The notes: generated by a model from the letters alone, not told the origin. A stretch of 64,000 bases of DNA from Minisyncoccota bacterium (GCA_041651415.1 JBAZJH010000002.1:111075-175074); one strand, 5' to 3'. Shown: positions 9,612 to 19,322, counted from the first letter of the stretch. Translations and numbers: made by a program.

Positions 9612-10976
9612 ATGGATCTCGAAAAGATTTGGGAAACAGTTTTGGCAGAAATGGAAATAAATATTTCTCACGCTAATTTTCATACTTGGCTAAAAAACAG
9701 CAAATTAATCAATAAAGACGAATCAGGAAACTTCGTGGTAGCTTTGCCAACTAATTTTTCCAAAGAGTGGGTGGAAAATAAATATCAAAAGAATATTTTA
9801 CATATTTTGAGAGATTTAGACAGCCAGGCCAAAAAAATAGATTTTGTGGTACAGGGAAATATATTTAATTCAAACCAAAATCAGAAAACTTCAAAGGGAA
9901 GTTTCAGCCCAATTCCAGCACAAATGGCTTTTCCAGAGTTTAAAGTGGACCCGGAAACAAATCTAAATCCAAAATACACTTTTCAAAATTTTATAGTCGG
10001 TTCATCAAATGAACTGGCTTTTGCCGCAGCGCAGGCAATAGTCAAAGAAGTGGGGTCAAAATATAATCCATTGTTTTTTTACGGGGGAGTGGGTTTGGGA
10101 AAAACCCATTTAATTCAAGCAATCGGCAATGAAATAATAAAAGATTATAAAAACAGTCTGAAAGTAAGATATGTGACTTCAGAAAAATTTACCAATGACG
10201 TGGTTTGGGCAATAAAAAACAAGAGAATGGAGGATATAAAGAAAAAATACAGAGATATAGACATTTTAATAATAGACGATATCCAGTTTATAAGCGGAAA
10301 AGAAAAAACACAGGAAGAATTTTTTCATACCTTTAATTCTTTATACGCTTTAAATAAACAAATAATCATATCTTCAGACAGACCACCGCATGCTTTACCA
10401 ACACTTCATGAAAGATTAAGGTCAAGGTTTGAAGGAGGAATGACGGTTGATATAATTCAACCCGATTATGAGATGAGAGTGGCGATAATAAGCACAAAAT
10501 TACAAGAGTGCAAACATGAATTACCCAATAAAATAATAGGGATAATAGCCGGAAAAGTAAGTGAAAATATAAGAGAAATAGAAGGTTTATTAAATAAACT
10601 TATTTTTATAAAGGAAAATAAAGGGGTAGAAATAGATGAAGGGATAATAAACGAGGTAATAAATAAAAATACGCAAGTAAATAAAAATATAAACCCGAAT
10701 AAAATAATAAAAGCAGTGGCAGATTTTTTTGAAATTTCCATAAATGAATTAATAGGAAAATCAAGAAAAAAAGAGATTGTGGAACCGAGACAAATAACAA
10801 TGTTTTTACTTCGAAACATATTAAACACATCTTTTCCTTTTATTGGGGATAAGATGGGGAAGAGAGACCACACAACTGTGATGCATGCCTGTGAAAAAAT
10901 AAACAAAGAAATGGAAAAAAATATCAATACCAGCCAGAAAGTTAATTTAATAAAAGAGTCGATATATAAAAGTTAA
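9612..10976 (+). CDS. dnaA: chromosomal replication initiator protein DnaA
   Basis: Walker A GGVGLGKTHL, AAA+ core and a C-terminal DNA-binding domain; followed by dnaN. Confidence 0.95.
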   Translation: MDLEKIWETVLAEMEINISHANFHTWLKNSKLINKDESGNFVVALPTNFSKEWVENKYQKNILHILRDLDSQAKKIDFVVQGNIFNSNQNQKTSKGSFSPIPAQMAFPEFKVDPETNLNPKYTFQNFIVGSSNELAFAAAQAIVKEVGSKYNPLFFYGGVGLGKTHLIQAIGNEIIKDYKNSLKVRYVTSEKFTNDVVWAIKNKRMEDIKKKYRDIDILIIDDIQFISGKEKTQEEFFHTFNSLYALNKQIIISSDRPPHALPTLHERLRSRFEGGMTVDIIQPDYEMRVAIISTKLQECKHELPNKIIGIIAGKVSENIREIEGLLNKLIFIKENKGVEIDEGIINEVINKNTQVNKNINPNKIIKAVADFFEISINELIGKSRKKEIVEPRQITMFLLRNILNTSFPFIGDKMGKRDHTTVMHACEKINKEMEKNINTSQKVNLIKESIYKS

Positions 10977-10991
10977 GAGGTTATCCACTAG

Positions 10992-11130
10992 TTAAGAACA
11001 AAGTGATAATTTAAAAAGGCATTTAAAAAGAGGGTAAAAAAGACTTTTTAACTTTTTAAAGAATGCGTAATTATAACTACTAATTAATATAAATAATAAT
11101 AATTATATTAATTAATAAATTAAACATAAA
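10992..11130 (+). promoter_or_regulatory. candidate oriC module: DnaA box TTATCCACT plus a ~70-bp nearly pure A/T tract (possible DNA unwinding element)
   Basis: TTATCCACT at 10992-11000, a degenerate box (AAGTGATAA) at 11011-11019, then taattatataactactaattaatataaataataataattatattaattaataaatt at 11070-11130. Confidence 0.4.
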
Positions 11131-11132
11131 AA

Positions 11133-12242
11133 ATGAAAGTAATAGTAATAAGAGGAAATTTAAAGAAAGCTCTTGATTCAGTAGTAAGAGTGACAGGAGA
11201 AAATTCTAATTTACCTATTTTAAAAAATATTTTAATAAAGACTTCCGGAAGCGGATTGATTTTTTCTTCAACTAATTTAGAAATAGCCTTATCTTATAAA
11301 TTATCGGGAAAAGTGATTGAAAACGGCGAAATAACAGTGCCGGCGGCGATTTTTTCTTCAATAATAAATAATTTAAACAATGAAGTTATTAATTTAGATA
11401 TAATAGAAAAAAATAATTTAAGAATAAAAACCGATAATTACGAAGCGACGGTCAATACTTTACCCACAGAAGATTTTCCGATAATTCCGAGTATTTCCAA
11501 AGAAAATAACAGTTTTAAAATAGATGCCGAAAAAATAAAAGGATTTTTAGAACAAGTTTTAAGTTCCACGCAATTTTCAGATTTAAGGCCGGAAATAAAC
11601 GGAATTCTGTTTAATTTTGATGGGAATGTTTTAAAACTGGCTGGAACAGACAGTTTTAGACTTTCAGAAAAAACCATAACAAGCTCAGATTTTAATTCAG
11701 ATATAAAAGAGGGTTTTAAAGCAATTATTCCATTAAAAGCAATAATTGAGTTTTTAAAGGTTTTTCAAGAAGGAATAGTAGAATTTTATTTTGATAATAA
11801 CCAAGTTTTGTTTAAAAATGAGGAAGTAGAGATGGTTTCAAGATTGATAGACGGCGATTTTCCGGACTATGAACAAATTCTTCCAAAATCGGCCGAAATA
11901 GAAGCAGTGGCGGATAAAGAAGAAATGATAAACGCTTTAAAAGTGACAGGAATATTATCGGGAAAAGTTCATGATGTTTTGATAAAAATTAAAAAAGACA
12001 ATAAATATATAGAAATTTTTTCTTTAAATCAGGGAATTGGAGAAAATAAATATATAATTCCGGCAAAAATAAAAGGGGAGGATTTGGAAATTAATTTTAA
12101 TTGGCAATATTTGCTTAGCGGAATAAAATCTTTCAAGGGAGAAAAAATAATATTGGGATTTAACGGGAGCGACCGACCGACAATAATAAAATCAATAGAA
12201 GATGAAATGTATTTTTATATTTTAATGCCGGTAAAGAATTAG
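11133..12242 (+). CDS. dnaN: DNA polymerase III beta sliding clamp
   Basis: 369 aa, three-domain clamp-like sequence, immediately after dnaA. Confidence 0.9.
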   Translation: MKVIVIRGNLKKALDSVVRVTGENSNLPILKNILIKTSGSGLIFSSTNLEIALSYKLSGKVIENGEITVPAAIFSSIINNLNNEVINLDIIEKNNLRIKTDNYEATVNTLPTEDFPIIPSISKENNSFKIDAEKIKGFLEQVLSSTQFSDLRPEINGILFNFDGNVLKLAGTDSFRLSEKTITSSDFNSDIKEGFKAIIPLKAIIEFLKVFQEGIVEFYFDNNQVLFKNEEVEMVSRLIDGDFPDYEQILPKSAEIEAVADKEEMINALKVTGILSGKVHDVLIKIKKDNKYIEIFSLNQGIGENKYIIPAKIKGEDLEINFNWQYLLSGIKSFKGEKIILGFNGSDRPTIIKSIEDEMYFYILMPVKN

Positions 12243-12465
12243 TTTATCAGTTTACTTGTTAATTTATTTTAATTTATTAAAAGTTATGGATTTAAGCGAT
12301 ATTCTGACATATTAAAACAGCGGCCGGAAGAGCTTGACAATAACTTTCCATATAATATACTTCAACCCATTGGAATTTTTGTTGCAATAAATAAAACTTC
12401 CAAAAAGATAAATTTTAAACAAAAGGTCGTTTTATAACCTGTTTAAAAACGGGAAAATAAAAAAA

Positions 12466-12600
12466 ATGGAATTAGAAGTTAAAACGATTCTTAATCAAGA
12501 GGAGGATGAAGATGAAACAGTGGAATTAGACGAAGAAGAAAATTTGGATGAAGAAGATGAAGGGGAAGAAGATGATGACGATGACACAAACGAAGAATAA
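12466..12600 (+). CDS. 44-aa extremely acidic peptide (MELEVKTILNQEEDEDETVELDEEENLDEEDEGEEDDDDDTNEE), hypothetical
   Basis: ORF below the 60-aa track cutoff; RBS-like GGGAAAA upstream; followed by a clean intrinsic terminator at 12634-12666. Confidence 0.3.
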   Translation: MELEVKTILNQEEDEDETVELDEEENLDEEDEGEEDDDDDTNEE

Positions 12601-12633
12601 ACAATTTACTTAATTAATTTTGAAATTTAAAAT

Positions 12634-12666
12634 ATCCTGCCTTTAAACAATAGGCAGGATATTTTA
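12634..12666 (+). terminator. intrinsic terminator
   Basis: atcctgcc-tttaaacaat-aggcaggat followed by ATTTT. Confidence 0.55.
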
Positions 12667-12687
12667 TAATGTTCTAAACAAGAATAA

Positions 12688-14799
12688 ATGAAAAACTTTC
12701 TTTTCTTTTCTTTTTTAATAATACTTTTCGTTTTTTCGGTGGCTTTTATTTACGCTTCTTATTTGGCTTTAAAAATTCCCGATTTTGAAGAAATAGAAAA
12801 CAGAAAAATCAGCCAATCAACGAAAATATATGACCGAAGCGGAGAAACAATGCTTTATGAAGTGCATGGAGAAGAAAAGAGAACCATAATTCCTTTTGAA
12901 AAAATTCCGGAGAATGTAAAAAAGGCCACAATTGCGGCGGAAGATAAAAATTTTTATACGCATATGGCTTTTGATTGGAAAGCAATTTTAAGGTCAGCTT
13001 TTATAGATTTGTTTTATAACAAAAGAGTGGGAGGGTCGACAATAACGCAGCAACTCGCAAAAAATTCATTTTTATCTTCCGATAAAATTTTAACCAGAAA
13101 GGTGAAAGAGCTTTTTTTAGCGATTAAACTGGAAAAAAGATACAATAAAGACGAGATACTTTCTTTTTATTTAAACCAGATTCCGTATGGCGGAAATGCT
13201 TATGGAATTCAAGCGGCGGCGCAGACTTATTTTAATAAAAATGTTTCCGATTTAACTTTGGCGGAAACGGCAACTCTTGCGGCATTGCCGCAGGCGCCGT
13301 CTTTTTATTCGCCATACGGAGCGCATGTGGAAGATTTAAAAGAGAGAACCAGTTATGTGTTAGGGCAGATGAAAGACATCGGGTATATAACAGAAGAAGA
13401 AAAGAAAGCGGCGGAAGAAGAAAAATTGGTTTTTGCGCCGCAATCAAAATCTATCAAAGCGCCTCATTTTACAATGATGGTGATGGAATATTTAAGAGAA
13501 AAATACGGAGAGGATATGATTGAAACCGGAGGACTTCGAGTAACCACGACTTTAGACGAAAAATTACAGAAGATAGCGGAAGAAGAAGTGGAAAAGGGGG
13601 CGGCAAACAACGCGGAGCTTTATAAAGGGAAAAATATGGCCTTAGTGGCGCAGGACGCAAAGACAGGACAGATACTTGCTTTAGTCGGTTCAGCTAATTA
13701 TTTTGACGTGGAAAATGAAGGAAATTTTAATGTGGCTTACCAGGGACTAAGACAGCCTGGGTCGGCTTTCAAGCCGTTCGCTTATATCGAAGCTTTTAAA
13801 AAAGGATATACGCCGGAAACGGTTTTATTTGACGTGCCAACGGAATTTACAGCGGATAATCCAAATTGCCCGATAAGAGAAGAAGAATTCAACAGTGAAA
13901 ACGAAAAGTGCTATCACCCGCACAATTTCGACGGAGTATTCAGGGGTCCGGTCAATTTAAGAAACGCTTTAGCACAATCGATAAACGTGCCGGCAGTAAA
14001 GACTTTATATTTGGCAGGCATAGAAGACACTTTAAAATTGGCGGAAAGTTTTGGAATAAGCACGCTTTCTGATAGAAGCCGATTCGGATTATCTTTAGTT
14101 TTGGGAGGCGGAGAAGTAAAACTGACAGAACTGGTTAACGCTTACGCAGTTTTTGCGCAAGACGGGGAAAAACATAAACAAGCGATTATATTAAAAGTTG
14201 AAGATAGCAATGGAAAAATTATAGAAGAATATAGAGACGAGAAAGAAAAGGCGGTTGAGGAACAATATGCCAGAATGATAAATGATGTTTTATCGGATGC
14301 GGAAGCAAGAGCGGGACTTTTTCAAGGAAGCTTAAATTTAACAATTTTTCCGGAGCATGAAGTGGCAATGAAAACCGGAACGACAAACGATTATGTCGAC
14401 GCGTGGACAATGGGATATACGCCGTCACTTGTCGTTGGAGTATGGGCGGGAAATAACAGAAGGGAGCCGATGGAAAAACAAGGAGGTTCGATTTTAGCGG
14501 CTATGCCAACCTGGAGCGCTTTTTTGAGAAGAGCTTTGGAAAATTATGAACCGGAAACATTCAATAAACCGGAACAGGTTATTCGGGAAAAACCGATTTT
14601 AAGAGGAGATTATCTAAATAATAAACAAATCCATTCAATACTTTATTATGTCGACAAAGACAACCCATTAGGATTAAATCCGGTATATCCAGCCGGAGAC
14701 CCGCAGTTCCAAAATTGGGAAGGGCCAGTGATCGAGTGGGCAAAAAAGAACATTCCTGATTTTGCAACTTATAATTTGGGAATCGGGACAACAAATTAA
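12688..14799 (+). CDS. class A penicillin-binding protein (transglycosylase + transpeptidase), PBP1A family
   Basis: GT51 motifs (EDKNFYTH, GGSTITQQLAKN) and transpeptidase motifs (SAFKPF = SxxK, KTGT); N-terminal TM anchor. Confidence 0.9.
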   Translation: MKNFLFFSFLIILFVFSVAFIYASYLALKIPDFEEIENRKISQSTKIYDRSGETMLYEVHGEEKRTIIPFEKIPENVKKATIAAEDKNFYTHMAFDWKAILRSAFIDLFYNKRVGGSTITQQLAKNSFLSSDKILTRKVKELFLAIKLEKRYNKDEILSFYLNQIPYGGNAYGIQAAAQTYFNKNVSDLTLAETATLAALPQAPSFYSPYGAHVEDLKERTSYVLGQMKDIGYITEEEKKAAEEEKLVFAPQSKSIKAPHFTMMVMEYLREKYGEDMIETGGLRVTTTLDEKLQKIAEEEVEKGAANNAELYKGKNMALVAQDAKTGQILALVGSANYFDVENEGNFNVAYQGLRQPGSAFKPFAYIEAFKKGYTPETVLFDVPTEFTADNPNCPIREEEFNSENEKCYHPHNFDGVFRGPVNLRNALAQSINVPAVKTLYLAGIEDTLKLAESFGISTLSDRSRFGLSLVLGGGEVKLTELVNAYAVFAQDGEKHKQAIILKVEDSNGKIIEEYRDEKEKAVEEQYARMINDVLSDAEARAGLFQGSLNLTIFPEHEVAMKTGTTNDYVDAWTMGYTPSLVVGVWAGNNRREPMEKQGGSILAAMPTWSAFLRRALENYEPETFNKPEQVIREKPILRGDYLNNKQIHSILYYVDKDNPLGLNPVYPAGDPQFQNWEGPVIEWAKKNIPDFATYNLGIGTTN

Positions 14800-15260
14800 A
14801 AACGAGAATTGGCGGCGAGGATAGCGGCGGCCAGGGCGTCGGAAATATCATCGACGCCTTTTATTTTTTTATTGAGAATCAGCTCAACCGTTTTTTGAAC
14901 TTCTTTTTTATCGGCGCGTCCGGAGCCGGTAAGACAACTTTTTATTTCAGTGGGGGAAAATTCCAGAAAGGGAACAGAGTTGTTTTTTAAAGTTAAAATA
15001 AGCACGCCGCGGGCTTCCGCAACCTGTAAACCGGTTTTTTTGTTTTTCATAAAAAAAAGTTTTTCAATCGAGGCTAAGCCGGGCTTAAATTCTTTGATTA
15101 TTTTTTCCAAGTCCTTGGAAATTTCAGAAAGAATTTCCGATTCGTTTTCCGAAAACGATTTCAAAATACCGCCGGCGAGAAAAGATAATCTGCCTCCTTC
15201 TTTATTGACGAGGCCAAAGCCGGCTCTTTTTGTTCCCGGGTCGAGGCCTAAAATAATCAT
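14796..15260 (-). CDS. ruvC: crossover junction endodeoxyribonuclease RuvC
   Basis: MIILGLDPGTKRAGFGLV... canonical RuvC N-terminus; downstream of yebC. Confidence 0.85.
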   Translation of the reverse strand: MIILGLDPGTKRAGFGLVNKEGGRLSFLAGGILKSFSENESEILSEISKDLEKIIKEFKPGLASIEKLFFMKNKKTGLQVAEARGVLILTLKNNSVPFLEFSPTEIKSCLTGSGRADKKEVQKTVELILNKKIKGVDDISDALAAAILAANSRF

Positions 15261-15263
15261 CAG

Positions 15264-15800
15264 TTAAAAATTGACGTTAGTATAAACGTTTTCAACATCG
15301 TCATGGTCTTCAAGAGAAGAAATTATTGTTTTAAGCTTTTCTAAATTTTCAGAACTTATAGATTGAGGAAATTTTGAAGACCAAGTTTTGGTTTCTATGT
15401 TTTGTTCGAAAGCCCAAAGAACGCTGCCAGGGCTGGCAAATTTAGCATCAAGTTTAGTTAAAATAGTTTTTATTTCAGAAATAGTCCGATTTTTATTGTC
15501 AGTGATGGCGGTAATTAAAAGAGCGGAACCTTCTGGGCCATAGGCTTCAAGAACAACATCTTCAAGATTATTTCCGGCTTCTTTAACTTTTTTTATAGCG
15601 CGTTCAATATTGTCCAGAGGAACATTAGAGGCGCGAGCTTTTTCCACGACGGCGCGAAGACGGGGATTAAAATCGGGATTCGGCTCGTCTTTAGCGGCAA
15701 TAGTTACGGCTTTTAAAAGTTTGCCAAAAAGAGCGCCTTTCTTTTTATTATCGCCTTCTTTTTTTCTGGCGACGTTTTTTGCGTGGGAATGACCGGACAT
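15264..15800 (-). CDS. YebC/PmpR family DNA-binding regulator (short form)
   Basis: N-terminal MSGHSHAKNVARKK...GKLLKAVTIAAK resembles YebC; yebC-ruvC linkage is conserved. Confidence 0.7.
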   Translation of the reverse strand: MSGHSHAKNVARKKEGDNKKKGALFGKLLKAVTIAAKDEPNPDFNPRLRAVVEKARASNVPLDNIERAIKKVKEAGNNLEDVVLEAYGPEGSALLITAITDNKNRTISEIKTILTKLDAKFASPGSVLWAFEQNIETKTWSSKFPQSISSENLEKLKTIISSLEDHDDVENVYTNVNF

Positions 15801-15897
15801 ATAAAATTTAAATGAGAAATAACTAATTTTTAATGACTAAAAATCGTTTATGAGAAGATTTTAGCTTAAAATTTTAAAAATTCCAAGTTTTAAAAAA

Positions 15898-16025
15898 TGA
15901 AACTCCACGGCTTTACGGCCGTAGAATCTTAAAGTTTCACCCCGCCTACGACGGGGTTTTATTAAATCTTTATCATTTCAACTCCCGCGCTAATGCACGG
16001 GGTTTTCGTGGAGATTTAATAAAAA
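15898..16025 (+). repeat. copy A of a ~125-bp structured intergenic repeat (MITE/REP-like family, 5 copies in the window)
   Basis: AAACTCCACGGCyTTACGGCCGTAGAATCTTAAAGTTTCACCCCGCCTACGACGGGGTTTTATTAAATCTT ... GAGATTTAATAAAA; two GC hairpins plus an 11-bp inverted pair TTATTAAATCT/AGATTTAATAA. Confidence 0.7.
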
Positions 16026-16147
16026 AAAATTTTGACTGGTTTGTAAAAAAGATTTTTTGCCAGTTTTTTATTGACTTTGAGTTTTGAAAGAGAGATACTG
16101 TTTAGGAAAAGTTAATAAAAAGGATAAATTATTCATAAAAATCCAAG

Positions 16148-17833
16148 ATGCTCAACAATTCCACATATGTTAAGCAGAAGTTAGTCCGCTTTAATTCGGA
16201 AGCGGAGGAGCGAGACGCGGAAAGAAGGGCAGTAAGACAAAAAAAACAGCATCTTGATTTAGTAACGACACCAATTGAAATAGACGCCCTTAGTTTAATA
16301 CCAGAAGAAAGAGCAAAAGAGCTCGAGATGGCCGCCATAAATCTAATTAACCAGGATTTAATTGTGGCGGCTTTTGATTTTGAGAGGGAAGGCATTAAAG
16401 AAGAAATAAAAAAACTGGAAGAACGAGGATTTAAAATAAGGCCGGTCATAGTTTCGAAAGCAAGCTTGAGGCATGCTTTCAGTTTTTACCGCTTTGTTTC
16501 AAAAAAACAGGAAGAAATAACGGGGAGAGTTTTAATCTCCGGAGAAAAAATAAAAAAATTTGAAAAGGAACTCGGAACAATTCAGCTTATAAAGAAAGAA
16601 ATAGAATCGATAAATTTCAATAAAGTCACAGTTTCCGATTTTTTGGAGCTTGTTTTGGGAGGGGCGCTTTCAATCGAAGCTTCCGACATTCATTTTGAAC
16701 CGATAAGAGAAGCGGGGGTTTTAAGATATAGAATAGACGGAGTTTTGAATGAAATAACAGAAGGAGTGGAAAGAAACTTTTATAAAAAAATTGTTTCGAG
16801 AATAAAATTATTAGCGGGATTAAAAATGAACGTGACGGATGAAACGCAGGACGGAAGATTCACTATTTCCTTAGAAGGCAAAGACGTGGAAGTGAGAGTA
16901 GCGATAGCGCCGGCGGAGTTTGGAGAAGTGGCGGTTTTAAGAGTGCTTGACCCGAAAGCAATAAGTTTAGGGTTGGCGGAATTGGGATTTTTTGAAAGCG
17001 ATTTAAAAATAATAAAGGAAGAGTTAAAACGGCCAAACGGAATGATTTTAAACACCGGGCCGACCGGAAGCGGAAAAACAACAACGCTTTACGCTTTTTT
17101 AAAAGAGAAAGCGACAAAGGAAATAAAGGTGATAACAATTGAAGACCCGATTGAATATCATTTAGCCGGAATAGAACAGACGCAAGTGAATGAAGAGGCG
17201 GGATACACTTTTGCCGAAGGATTAAAATCGGCATTGCGGCAAGACCCGGACGTGATATTGGTCGGCGAGGTAAGAGATGAGGACACGGCGAGGACGGCAG
17301 TTGATTCGGCTCTGACCGGGCATTTGGTTTTTTCAACTTTACACACTAATGATTCGGCGGGGGCGATACCAAGACTGATTGATTTGGGAGTCAAAGAAAA
17401 CATAATCGGGTCGGCTTTAAATCTAGTGATCGCGCAAAGATTAGTGAGAAGAATTTGTTCAAATTGCAAAATAGCGGAAAAAGCCGGTTTGGAATTTCAG
17501 GAAAAAGCAAAAAAGTTTTTAGAGAAACTGCCGGAGAGAGCCGGAAAGGAAAATTTTTTAAAAGATTTGAAAGCATATAAAGCAAAAGAAGGCGGATGCG
17601 AAAAATGCAACGGAACCGGATATAAAGGGAGAGTGGGGCTTTATGAGCTTTTTCAAGTAAATGACGAAGTGCAGGAAGCGATTGAAAAGAAAAACTCGGT
17701 TTTAGAAATAAAAGAAATGGCCAGAAAACAAGGAATGATAACGATGCAAGAAGACGGAGTGTTGAAGGCGCTACTTGGAATCACGAGTTTGGAAGAGGTG
17801 GAAGCAGCGACTGGAGTGATAGAAGAACTTTAA
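16148..17833 (+). CDS. pilB: type IV pilus / type II secretion assembly ATPase (PilB/GspE family)
   Basis: Walker A GPTGSGKTTT, Asp box ILVGEVRDEDTA, His box, and a C-terminal tetracysteine motif (CxxC...CxxC). Confidence 0.85.
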   Translation: MLNNSTYVKQKLVRFNSEAEERDAERRAVRQKKQHLDLVTTPIEIDALSLIPEERAKELEMAAINLINQDLIVAAFDFEREGIKEEIKKLEERGFKIRPVIVSKASLRHAFSFYRFVSKKQEEITGRVLISGEKIKKFEKELGTIQLIKKEIESINFNKVTVSDFLELVLGGALSIEASDIHFEPIREAGVLRYRIDGVLNEITEGVERNFYKKIVSRIKLLAGLKMNVTDETQDGRFTISLEGKDVEVRVAIAPAEFGEVAVLRVLDPKAISLGLAELGFFESDLKIIKEELKRPNGMILNTGPTGSGKTTTLYAFLKEKATKEIKVITIEDPIEYHLAGIEQTQVNEEAGYTFAEGLKSALRQDPDVILVGEVRDEDTARTAVDSALTGHLVFSTLHTNDSAGAIPRLIDLGVKENIIGSALNLVIAQRLVRRICSNCKIAEKAGLEFQEKAKKFLEKLPERAGKENFLKDLKAYKAKEGGCEKCNGTGYKGRVGLYELFQVNDEVQEAIEKKNSVLEIKEMARKQGMITMQEDGVLKALLGITSLEEVEAATGVIEEL

Positions 17834-18124
17834 AATTTTCAGAAAAAAAGAATTTTCAGCTGTTTGAAAAGTTCTTTAAAAACAAAAAAGCTTGGATCTG
17901 TGGGCGAAAACTCTTTTAAGAGTTTAAAAAATCTTCGTGAAGGAAGAGGTTAAAACGCTCCTGAGGTAAGAACCAGCTAAAAGCCAATTCTCCCTTGGCG
18001 TCGGAGGGTTCCTGCCCACAGATCCAAACTTTTTCAAAATCTTGACTATTATAGCATACAATAAGAACGGAGTCAAGAAAGGGAAAAAAAGGGTTTTTTG
18101 GCTTGCTTTTAAAAAAATGGCTTT

Positions 18125-19219
18125 GTGGCGGATATTTTTTGTTATATGATAAGGGCAATGGGAAAGGATAAATTTGAAGAAAAAGACATAAATTTAGGAA
18201 AAGACGGGAAAAGCCAAGAAAATGGGGGAGATTTTTCCACTTTTGACCAAGCGCTTCGGCCGACAGATTGGGACGGATATGTAGGACAAGAAAAAATAAA
18301 AGATAATTTAAAAATAATAATAGAGGCGGCAAAAGGAAGAGAGGAACCAGTCGACCATCTGCTTTTTTACGGGCAGGCGGGGTTGGGAAAAACGACTCTC
18401 GCGGGGCTTGTGGCAAGCGAGATGGGAAGAGGAATAAAAATAACTTCAGGGCCGACTCTAAAAAAAGTGGGAGATTTAGCGGCGATTGTTTCTAATTTGG
18501 AGCCGGGGGAAGTTCTGTTTATAGACGAAGCGCATCGGTTAAACAGAATGGTGGAAGAATTTTTGTATCCGGCGATGGAGAGCAGAAAACTGCATTTGAT
18601 AATCGGAAAAGGGCCGGGAGCGAGGACTTTGTCTTTGGATTTACCGCCATTTACAATTGTGGCGGCGACAACAAGGGCGGATTTGTTATCAAGCCCGCTT
18701 CGGTCAAGATTCGGAGCTTCTTTTAAGCTGGATTATTATTCGGTCGCCGATATTGAAAAGATTTTAAAGCGGTCGGCAAGACTGCTTAATGTGGAAATAG
18801 AGGAAGGAGGTATAGAGGTTTTAGCGAGAGCGGCAAGAGCAACGCCGAGAATCGCCAACAGATTGTTAAAGCGGGCGAGAGATTACGCCGAGGTGAGGAG
18901 AAATGGAAAAATAACAAGGGAAACAGCAGAGGAGACATTAAAACTCCTAGAGGTGGACGTTTTGGGGCTTGAGCCGCATGACAGGAGATTACTTGAAGTG
19001 ATAATAGAGAAGTTCAGGGGCGGGCCGGTAGGGATAGAAACTTTAGCAGCGGCATTAAATGAAGAGAGAGGAGTGATTGAAGAAGTGCATGAGCCGTATC
19101 TTATGAGCGTGGGATTTTTGCAAAGGACACCGGCAGGGAGAACCGTGACGGAGGCGGCGTATAAGCATTTAGGAATAAAAACCAGAGAACAAAAACTTTT
19201 AGACGAGTCAGGATTTTAG
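18125..19219 (+). CDS. ruvB: Holliday junction branch-migration helicase RuvB
   Basis: LRPTDWDGYVGQEK, Walker A GQAGLGKTTLA and an AAA+ core; the true start may be the internal Met at 18160. Confidence 0.9.
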   Translation: MADIFCYMIRAMGKDKFEEKDINLGKDGKSQENGGDFSTFDQALRPTDWDGYVGQEKIKDNLKIIIEAAKGREEPVDHLLFYGQAGLGKTTLAGLVASEMGRGIKITSGPTLKKVGDLAAIVSNLEPGEVLFIDEAHRLNRMVEEFLYPAMESRKLHLIIGKGPGARTLSLDLPPFTIVAATTRADLLSSPLRSRFGASFKLDYYSVADIEKILKRSARLLNVEIEEGGIEVLARAARATPRIANRLLKRARDYAEVRRNGKITRETAEETLKLLEVDVLGLEPHDRRLLEVIIEKFRGGPVGIETLAAALNEERGVIEEVHEPYLMSVGFLQRTPAGRTVTEAAYKHLGIKTREQKLLDESGF

Positions 19220-19322
19220 AAAACTTTATGACTTAAATGTTTATTTTTAGGAAATAAATATATTAAGAAAGGTGATCTAAAAAAAATTGCGAAAAAGATG
19301 AGAAGATGTTATTTTAATATTT

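Noticed and set aside
17916-18416. 166-aa minus-strand ORF (MPQAPRESFF...)
   Set aside because: Overlaps the well-supported ruvB on the opposite strand and the long inverted repeat; Pro/Leu-rich low-complexity translation typical of antisense frames.
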